From assembly GCA_964541675.1 (NCBI GenBank), contig CAZIPW010000008.1, positions 1,925 to 65,924 on the forward strand: DNA of 64,000 bases, given 5' to 3'. A program made the position numbers and the translations under genes. The notes beneath the pieces were generated by a model, which saw nothing but the letters and a program-made list of their open reading frames with translations, did not search any database and was not told where the DNA came from. This document shows, one piece after another, positions 57,898 through 64,000 of this stretch. Each line of letters starts with the position of its first letter. The stretch's first letter is position 1. Source of the stretch: an uncultured Verrucomicrobiota bacterium (GTDB lineage Bacteria; Verrucomicrobiota; Verrucomicrobiia; CAZIPW01).

Positions 57898-58422
57898 TTA
57901 TAGTTTATTGTGCGCCTTGTATTTCCCCTTGTCGATATCTTTGCGGATTTGCTCCACATAGGGTTCGTGTTCTTTGGGGAGTTTGGTGTAGCTGTTGAGG
58001 AACTCTTCCGTGGACGCGTTGGCAGTCTCATAGATGAGGCCATCGCTGAGCGGAAGGAAAACGTGGCAGATGCCGGCGGGAATATCGACGCGTGCGGGGG
58101 CGTTTATCTGCCTGATGCTGATGCCGGTAAGTTTGCGGCTGTCGAGCTTGCCGTTGGCGCTCATAAAAACATAACTGCCTTCAAGTATGTCGAAGATCAC
58201 CGTCCCCACTCCATGGTAGGCCATGCCCCGCAACTGGCCGGTTTTCATTTCAAAGAGGGCCCGGAAATTCTCGCGGGGCTTTGAGAGCAGATGCACCCTT
58301 CCGCGGGTCTTATCGTTGATGACAATCGGCGGGGGCAGGGGACCGCTGGGGGCTGTGGGTAGCTCTTCAATGCGCACGCCGCTAGAGGCTGCGGTTGCGG
58401 CTGTTGCAACGCCTGTTGCCAT
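57898..58422 (-). CDS. WxcM/FdtA-like cupin (sugar 3,4-ketoisomerase-like)
   Basis: About 140-aa core ...LFEMKTGQLRGMAYHGVGTVIFDILEGSYVFM... of the cupin type. The context is sugar-nucleotide modification genes. Confidence 0.45.
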   Translation of the reverse strand: MATGVATAATAASSGVRIEELPTAPSGPLPPPIVINDKTRGRVHLLSKPRENFRALFEMKTGQLRGMAYHGVGTVIFDILEGSYVFMSANGKLDSRKLTGISIRQINAPARVDIPAGICHVFLPLSDGLIYETANASTEEFLNSYTKLPKEHEPYVEQIRKDIDKGKYKAHNKL

Positions 58423-58548
58423 ACACGGGCCATGCTACCGGATGAGAGCAGTTCTGACAAGATGTTTAGGAGACACGGGAGATATGGAAAGAATTTCGAA
58501 CATGGTATGACGTGTGGGTATTGTAGCAGGTTTTGAGAAGGGGGATTA

Positions 58549-59622
58549 CTACAGATCCACCGCTTTGCCATTGACCATTCGGCGGATGACAAAGGGCGTC
58601 TCCAGCCAGCCGTTCTCGTGCATTCTGCCCTTGCCTGCCATCAAGTCCGGCAGTTCGCGGGGAGCCTTGAGAGCCTTCAAAAGCTCTTCGTGGGTCGGCA
58701 AACGGGCGTTCTTCGCGTAAAAGTCGTCCACTGTTTTTATGATCATAGTCGCCACATCATAGCCGTGAGGCGCATCAGTTACAAAGTCGTGTGCAAAGCG
58801 CTTTCTGAACTTCGCGTGGAAGCTCTCGGCTGCCCAAAGGTCGGAAGGATACAAACAGCCATTCATATAGCGTCTGGCTTCAGCGGTGTAGTAGTCAAGC
58901 CAGCCGGTTGCCGTCTTTGGAGCAAAACCCAGCTCATGACACTGACGGTTGAAGATCTCATCCTGGGGAGGCTCAAAGAGCTGGAAGATTCCGTCGGGGT
59001 GAGACTCGCGGAGTTTGAGTATATATCCGCGCATATCGCGTTCGGATGGATCTACCAACTGGTCGGAGACAAATGCGATATCCTTGTTGGCCAAGAGTTC
59101 TTTCGAGTAAGGAATTACCTTGGAACTGATGGAATGAACGCACCCGGCAATGGCTACCCTCTTGCATCCGGCTTCCCGTAATATTTTGATGGAGTCCTCC
59201 GTAAATTTGTCAATACCGGGGCCATAACAGAGAGTCCACTTTCGGCCATTCATCACCGAGGTATCCCACGCGGTACTAAAATGCGGCGTCTTATATCTTT
59301 CTGCCACCGGAGAGACAATATTGGCGGCGTTGCTCCATAGCGAGACGAGACAATCCGTCTTCTCCAGGGTTAGAAGCCGTAGTGTTGCTTCCACAGTCAC
59401 ATGAGGCACGTACTGGCTGTCCTCAAGGCAGAGTTTGTAATCAACGGGTGTCTTGGGATTGTCCTCTATTGCCAGCATCATTCCATCGCGCATATCCTGG
59501 CCGTTCGGGGCAAGGTCTCCTGTCAGAGGCAAGACTGCTCCAATTTTGAAAACAGGACGGGAATCTGCGGCGGAGAGTGTCGCGCAGGCAAACGCCAGCA
59601 TAACCGATAGAACGAGTCTCAT
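58549..59622 (-). CDS. Periplasmic substrate-binding protein (PBP type I, branched-chain-amino-acid-binding-like)
   Basis: Signal peptide MRLVLSVMLAFACATLSA. ...FKIGAVLPLTGDLAPNGQDMRDGMMLAIED... LivJ-like. Confidence 0.6.
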   Translation of the reverse strand: MRLVLSVMLAFACATLSAADSRPVFKIGAVLPLTGDLAPNGQDMRDGMMLAIEDNPKTPVDYKLCLEDSQYVPHVTVEATLRLLTLEKTDCLVSLWSNAANIVSPVAERYKTPHFSTAWDTSVMNGRKWTLCYGPGIDKFTEDSIKILREAGCKRVAIAGCVHSISSKVIPYSKELLANKDIAFVSDQLVDPSERDMRGYILKLRESHPDGIFQLFEPPQDEIFNRQCHELGFAPKTATGWLDYYTAEARRYMNGCLYPSDLWAAESFHAKFRKRFAHDFVTDAPHGYDVATMIIKTVDDFYAKNARLPTHEELLKALKAPRELPDLMAGKGRMHENGWLETPFVIRRMVNGKAVDL

Positions 59623-59732
59623 ATTCGACGATTGTAAGGGTTTTACGATCCCATGCCCAGCATTAAAATGCCACTCGTCGAACCATCCCATCCGGGACGG
59701 GAAGCACACCGCATCAAAAGATGTACGTTAAA

Positions 59733-60692
59733 TCATCTCAGGCTGTGGGTTTCCTTGTACTTCTCATACGCATTGATGATCTTTTGCACCAGCGGATGCC
59801 TGACCACATCATGCCCCTCAAAGCGGAAGATTGCCACTCCCGGAATCTTGTCCAGCACCTCTGCGGCCTGCTTGAGTCCGCTGGCCTTTGAGCGCGGCAG
59901 ATCGATCTGGGTGATATCCCCCGTGACAACCATCCGGCTGCCCTCTCCCAGGCGCGTCAGGAACATCATCATCTGCTCGGTCGTGGTGTTCTGCGCCTCG
60001 TCCAGAATAATAAAGGCGCCGGAGAGCGTGCGGCCTCTCATGTAGGCAAGAGGCGCGATCTCGATGATGCCCTTTTCCATCATGCGTTCCACCGTGTCGT
60101 GCCCGGAAAAATCGTCGAGCGCATCGTAAAGCGGGCGCAGGTAGGGGAGGATTTTCTCCTCCAGATCCCCGGGCAGGAACCCGAGCGCCTCGCCCGCCTC
60201 CACCGCGGGACGCGTGAGGATGATCTTCTTGATCTGGTTTTTGGAGAGCGCCTCAAGCGCCAGCGCCACAGCCAGATAGGTCTTTCCCGTACCGGCCGGT
60301 CCCAAACAGACGGTGATGTCGTTCATTCTGATTGTCTGAATGTAGAGCTTCTGGTTGATCGTCTTGGCGACGAGAGTGCCTGTGCGAGTCTGTATGATGG
60401 CCGGCTTCTGGAAAAGATCATTGAGTTCCTGGAACCGTCCGGTGCAAAGGAGATCCAAGGTATAGTTGATGTCGGCCGTCTTGTAGCTCATGCCCTGATG
60501 TTTTCCTACCTTGAGGGCTGCGAAGAGCTTTTCGGTATTCGTGATGCCGTCAGGGTGTCCCTCAATCAGGAGCTTGCTGTCGCGGGCGGTCAATTTGACA
60601 CCAATGCGCTTTTCTATGAGGTGGAGGTTTTCTTCGCTGGTGTAGAGCGAGGAGAGTTGTTTTCCGCTGTCAAATTCAATGGTTTTTTGCAT
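59733..60692 (-). CDS. phoH: PhoH-like ATPase
   Basis: GPAGTGKTYLAVALA Walker A and ...IILDEAQNTT... Full-length PhoH family. Confidence 0.9.
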   Translation of the reverse strand: MQKTIEFDSGKQLSSLYTSEENLHLIEKRIGVKLTARDSKLLIEGHPDGITNTEKLFAALKVGKHQGMSYKTADINYTLDLLCTGRFQELNDLFQKPAIIQTRTGTLVAKTINQKLYIQTIRMNDITVCLGPAGTGKTYLAVALALEALSKNQIKKIILTRPAVEAGEALGFLPGDLEEKILPYLRPLYDALDDFSGHDTVERMMEKGIIEIAPLAYMRGRTLSGAFIILDEAQNTTTEQMMMFLTRLGEGSRMVVTGDITQIDLPRSKASGLKQAAEVLDKIPGVAIFRFEGHDVVRHPLVQKIINAYEKYKETHSLR

Positions 60693-60748
60693 GCGACTCT
60701 TATTTCACTATCGGGAATAAGGCGCAAAGGCAAGGGCTTTTATAACTT

Positions 60749-61228
60749 CTATTGAAAGACTCCCGATCTCCCTGTTGGATTTTCGATTCGTTTCCTGATC
60801 TCACTGCAGATATCCTCCACGGCCTTCTCGTTGGGATTGGTTCGATACAGGAAAATCGCCGGATTGCCGGCCTGATCGTGAAAGATGACAAAATCTATGC
60901 ACGACTTGAAAAACCTGTTCAGCATGACTGTCGACAGGCACAAAGCCACCAAAGCGCCCAAGAACAGGGGAGCCGGAGATGCGCTGGTGGAGTGCAACAG
61001 TACTACAGCCCCAACCAGAAGTGCCACTCCAATCACCGCGAGGACGACTGTCACAAGCAGCGTGCCGACAGGCAGTCTGGTTTGTTCGCTGGTTTCCCTT
61101 CGCAGGTTCTTTATGGGAACCTCATAGCTGTTGCGGCTGAAAAAGCGCTGAAAGGTGAATTTGACGGTGGTTTCTTTGATCTCTATGATGCGATCACCTT
61201 TCAGGAAATCCTTCTGGGTAAGTTTCAT
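60749..61228 (-). CDS. Hypothetical membrane protein
   Basis: MKLTQKDFLKGDRIIEIKETTVKF... followed by two TM helices. Confidence 0.4.
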   Translation of the reverse strand: MKLTQKDFLKGDRIIEIKETTVKFTFQRFFSRNSYEVPIKNLRRETSEQTRLPVGTLLVTVVLAVIGVALLVGAVVLLHSTSASPAPLFLGALVALCLSTVMLNRFFKSCIDFVIFHDQAGNPAIFLYRTNPNEKAVEDICSEIRKRIENPTGRSGVFQ

Positions 61229-61328
61229 TGGCGTATTATACAACATTAGGGGGACTGTTCGCAAGATTTCGTTTACCAACAGTTCCTTATTGCTTTACAA
61301 AGTACTGAAGCTGTAGCAGTATACGGTC

Positions 61329-62906
61329 ATGAATACACGTCCTCCTTTCCAGGGGCTCTTTGGGGCGCCAAGAGTTGTCGCGCCCGATTTGAGAGCCCTG
61401 ACACTGGAAAAGGTCGTCAATTTGACCCACGAGGTTGTGGCTGTTGTCAGCCCGGTGGGGAAAGTGCTCTCCATCAATCCGGCTTTTTGTGAGAAGATGG
61501 GGTACCGTGAAGAGGAGGTTGTCGGCAAGGACCTTGATTTCGTGCAGATTCCGGAAGGCGCTGAATGGATTGAACACTCCCTTAATCTGGTCAGGGTCGG
61601 GGAGAGATGGCACGGCGTCCTGCAGCTGAAGACCAAAAGCGGTGATTTGCTGGAATTCCAGAGCTCCGTGAGTGCTGTCTTTGACGAGAAAAAGAAACTG
61701 GTCGCCTTTGTCGGAATGGGAGTTGACCGCACCAAGGAACAGACCATCGCCCGACATATGCAGGCCATGCACCGTCTGGAGTCGATTGGAACCCTGATCG
61801 GGGGCATCGCGCACCGTTTCAACAATATGCTGGCCGCCATCATGGGGCACGCCGAGATACTTGGAATGATGAGTTCTGACAGTCCCAAAGTGACTGACAG
61901 AGTCCAGAAAATCCTGAAAGCGACAGGACAGGCAAAGGATTTTGTCGTTCAAATGTCCGCTTTCAGCAAGAAAGGCGACTCTCAAAAGAGAGCTCTTGAT
62001 ATAACAGGGGTGCTCAGACACGCCGTTGATTTTATCCGTGCTGCGACTCCGCGGGCTGTCCAGATTGAAGTGAACATACCGGACGCCCTGCCTGCGGTAA
62101 TGATCGCCTCGGACGAGATCAATCAGATGTTATTGAATCTCTTTACCAATGCCCTGCAGTCGATGGAAGGCCGCGAGAGCGCCAGGATGGATATATGGGC
62201 GGAAGAGACCTGGCAGGAATTTCCGTCGGTCGTGGCACAGTCAAAAGGCCGTACGGTGCACTGCGTGAAGATAGGGGTGCGCGACAATGGCCGCGGCATA
62301 GAGGAGAGCCTCAAAAATCATGTCTTTGAGCCATTTGTCGTTTCTACTCCCGGAGTGGAAGGAACCGGCATGGGGCTGGCGATTGTGCATGGAATCGTGC
62401 TCAGGCACAACGGATACATACGTTTTGACAGCAGGGTTGGCGTTGGTTCGACTTTCGAGATATTCCTTCCGATCATCGAGAAACAGTTGACGGCGGAGTC
62501 CAATGATACTTCGCGGGCGGCTGCCCCTTCCATTGGCGGAGAGAAGATCCTGCTGGTTGACGATGAGCCGCTCATCACATCGGTGGGAGTGGAGCTGCTT
62601 TCGGAGATGGGTTACCACGCGCAGGCCGTCAATCACCCCAGGCAGGCGCTGAAGCTCTTTGAAGAGAACCCGCAGGCTTTCGATTTGATTATTACCGACC
62701 TGACCATGCCGGAAATGAACGGCATTGAGATGGTCAAGAAGTTGCGTGCGGTCAAGGTGATGGTGCCGGTCATCCTGATTTCCGGTTACAATGAGAGAAT
62801 CAAGAAAGACGAGGCGGCTGCTGTCGGGATCAAGAGCATTCTTAGCAAGCCCTGTCCGGCCCAGACCTTGATAGAGACTGTCAAGAAAGCCCTGTCGGGA
62901 ATTTGA
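61329..62906 (+). CDS. Hybrid sensor histidine kinase (PAS, HisKA, HATPase_c, C-terminal receiver)
   Basis: H-box IGGIAHRFNNMLAAIMGHAEIL, G-boxes GTGMGLAIV, receiver ILLVDDEPLI...LIITDLTMPEMNG. Confidence 0.85.
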   Translation: MNTRPPFQGLFGAPRVVAPDLRALTLEKVVNLTHEVVAVVSPVGKVLSINPAFCEKMGYREEEVVGKDLDFVQIPEGAEWIEHSLNLVRVGERWHGVLQLKTKSGDLLEFQSSVSAVFDEKKKLVAFVGMGVDRTKEQTIARHMQAMHRLESIGTLIGGIAHRFNNMLAAIMGHAEILGMMSSDSPKVTDRVQKILKATGQAKDFVVQMSAFSKKGDSQKRALDITGVLRHAVDFIRAATPRAVQIEVNIPDALPAVMIASDEINQMLLNLFTNALQSMEGRESARMDIWAEETWQEFPSVVAQSKGRTVHCVKIGVRDNGRGIEESLKNHVFEPFVVSTPGVEGTGMGLAIVHGIVLRHNGYIRFDSRVGVGSTFEIFLPIIEKQLTAESNDTSRAAAPSIGGEKILLVDDEPLITSVGVELLSEMGYHAQAVNHPRQALKLFEENPQAFDLIITDLTMPEMNGIEMVKKLRAVKVMVPVILISGYNERIKKDEAAAVGIKSILSKPCPAQTLIETVKKALSGI

Positions 62907-63039
62907 GGCTGGTGTCACCACGTATTGAAATACGTGGCTACCGAGCGCTCCGCTCTGCTTCGCGAAGTCCCTACGGGACTAGTTGGAGCGGCTAACACCG
63001 CAGAATGTCAAAGGGCAGCTTAACTGTCCCATATAACTC

Positions 63040-63942
63040 TTACCAGAAATTCTTGGGGGTCTTGAACTTTCCGGTTTCACTGAGCTTGTCCAGCAGCCTT
63101 ATCAGGCTTCGGCTGCGGTTCAGAATATACAGGTGCATTCCGGGTGCCCCGGCTTTTAGCACCGCTGGAATTATCGAGAGCAGATATTCGACTCCGGCCT
63201 CCCACTGCCTGGCAGAAGATGTCTGTTTCATCAGCTCAGTCAGATGATCCGGCATTGTCGCCCGGCTTATCTGGCAAAAACGCTGCGCCTGTTCCAGACT
63301 CAAGGCCGGCAGCAGCCCCGGAATGATCGGGATCCGGATGCCCGACTGGCGGCATTTTGACAGAAAGCTTTCGTACAGTTCCGGTTTGAAAAAGAGCTGC
63401 GTGGTAATCCACGAAGCGCCGCAATCGACCTTCTCCTTCAGCCGCCGGATGTCTTCTTCCAGGGTGGGCGCCTCGGGATGCTTTTCCGGGTAACCGGCCA
63501 CCCCTACGCACATATCGGGAAGCTCTCTTCTGATAAGGCTGACGAGCTCATAGGCGTGTTTCAATGAGCCGGAGGGGGCGTCTTCATCCGGTCTTTTGTC
63601 TCCTCTTAGCACCATGATACTGCGGACTCCCATTCTTGCATAACTTTCCGCTATAGCCATCAACTCCTCCGGATCCCTGCCCAGGCAGGTCAGGTGGGGA
63701 ACGATAGTCCATCCGAAACGGGATCTGAGCAGTTGACTATAGAGAAAGGTCAGTTCGCGTGTAGAGCCGCCCGCGCCGTCTGTAATGGCCACAAAATCAG
63801 GTTTTACCCGCAGGGAGATCTCTTCCGCGCACAAGAGCAGATCCCTGGCGGTGGCCTCTGTTTTGGGCGGGAAGAACTCCAATGACAGAAGGGGTCTGCC
63901 TTGATTGAGCAAAAACGGGACTGTTACATCGGCTGATGCCAC
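63040..63942 (-). CDS. metF: 5,10-methylenetetrahydrofolate reductase
   Basis: ...LSLEFFPPKTEATARDLL...VAITDGAGGSTRE... is canonical MetF. Confidence 0.9.
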   Translation of the reverse strand: MASADVTVPFLLNQGRPLLSLEFFPPKTEATARDLLLCAEEISLRVKPDFVAITDGAGGSTRELTFLYSQLLRSRFGWTIVPHLTCLGRDPEELMAIAESYARMGVRSIMVLRGDKRPDEDAPSGSLKHAYELVSLIRRELPDMCVGVAGYPEKHPEAPTLEEDIRRLKEKVDCGASWITTQLFFKPELYESFLSKCRQSGIRIPIIPGLLPALSLEQAQRFCQISRATMPDHLTELMKQTSSARQWEAGVEYLLSIIPAVLKAGAPGMHLYILNRSRSLIRLLDKLSETGKFKTPKNFW

Positions 63943-64000
63943 GCCTACCCAACGGAACTTTGGCGTAGGGGGTTAACTATCCCCCGCACATTGCAATTGC

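Noticed and set aside
57897-58043. 49-codon N-terminal extension of surE in the track ORF
   Set aside because: The extension is Ser/Thr/Pro/Lys-rich low complexity. It overlaps the 3' end of the upstream cupin gene, and the conserved SurE start MATLLVTNDDG lies at the internal ATG.

Overview
This 64-kb window is a gene-dense bacterial chromosomal segment of roughly 55-60% GC. Several products point to a Verrucomicrobia-like member of the PVC group, which is inference only: an LL-diaminopimelate aminotransferase, a prepilin-type N-terminal-methylation protein, a PEP-CTERM-like protein, and many hybrid two-component regulators. Core genes recognised from their translations are tuf (EF-Tu) with tRNA-Thr upstream, mutL, accA, rpsU, metF, phoH, surE, dapL, an ABC-F ATPase and a UvrD-like helicase. 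The window also holds a sugar ABC transporter operon, an MCP, six two-component proteins including an HD-GYP response regulator, and a flagellar chaperone/regulator mini-cluster (FlgM-like, FliS, FlgN-like). That cluster sits next to a sugar-modification locus with a PseC/DegT aminotransferase fused to a CoaE-like kinase, a PseG-like transferase, an alpha/beta hydrolase, an ATP-grasp protein, SurE and a FdtA/WxcM-like cupin. Four tRNAs are present: Thr, Trp, Ser and Glu. Non-genic structure the ORF track does not explain: (i) a ~318-bp GC-hairpin repeat family in two tandem and two partial copies across a 2.3-kb region around two divergent paralogous secreted proteins; (ii) two tandem ~160-bp duplications of promoter plus the first ~20 nt of tRNA-Glu, and a degenerate 5'-half copy of tRNA-Trp beside the intact gene; (iii) a glycosyltransferase-like gene bracketed by 48-bp direct repeats copying the 3' end of the adjacent CPBP protease gene; (iv) a 790-bp convergent intergenic region with perfect 18-bp inverted repeats flanking 137 bp that contain a TATAAT box. 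No CRISPR array, cas gene, restriction-modification system or recognisable transposase/integrase was seen. ORF-track entries beginning at TTG/GTG were trimmed to the nearest plausible ATG where indicated. Coordinates of RNA genes and repeats are hand-counted and may be off by a few nucleotides.
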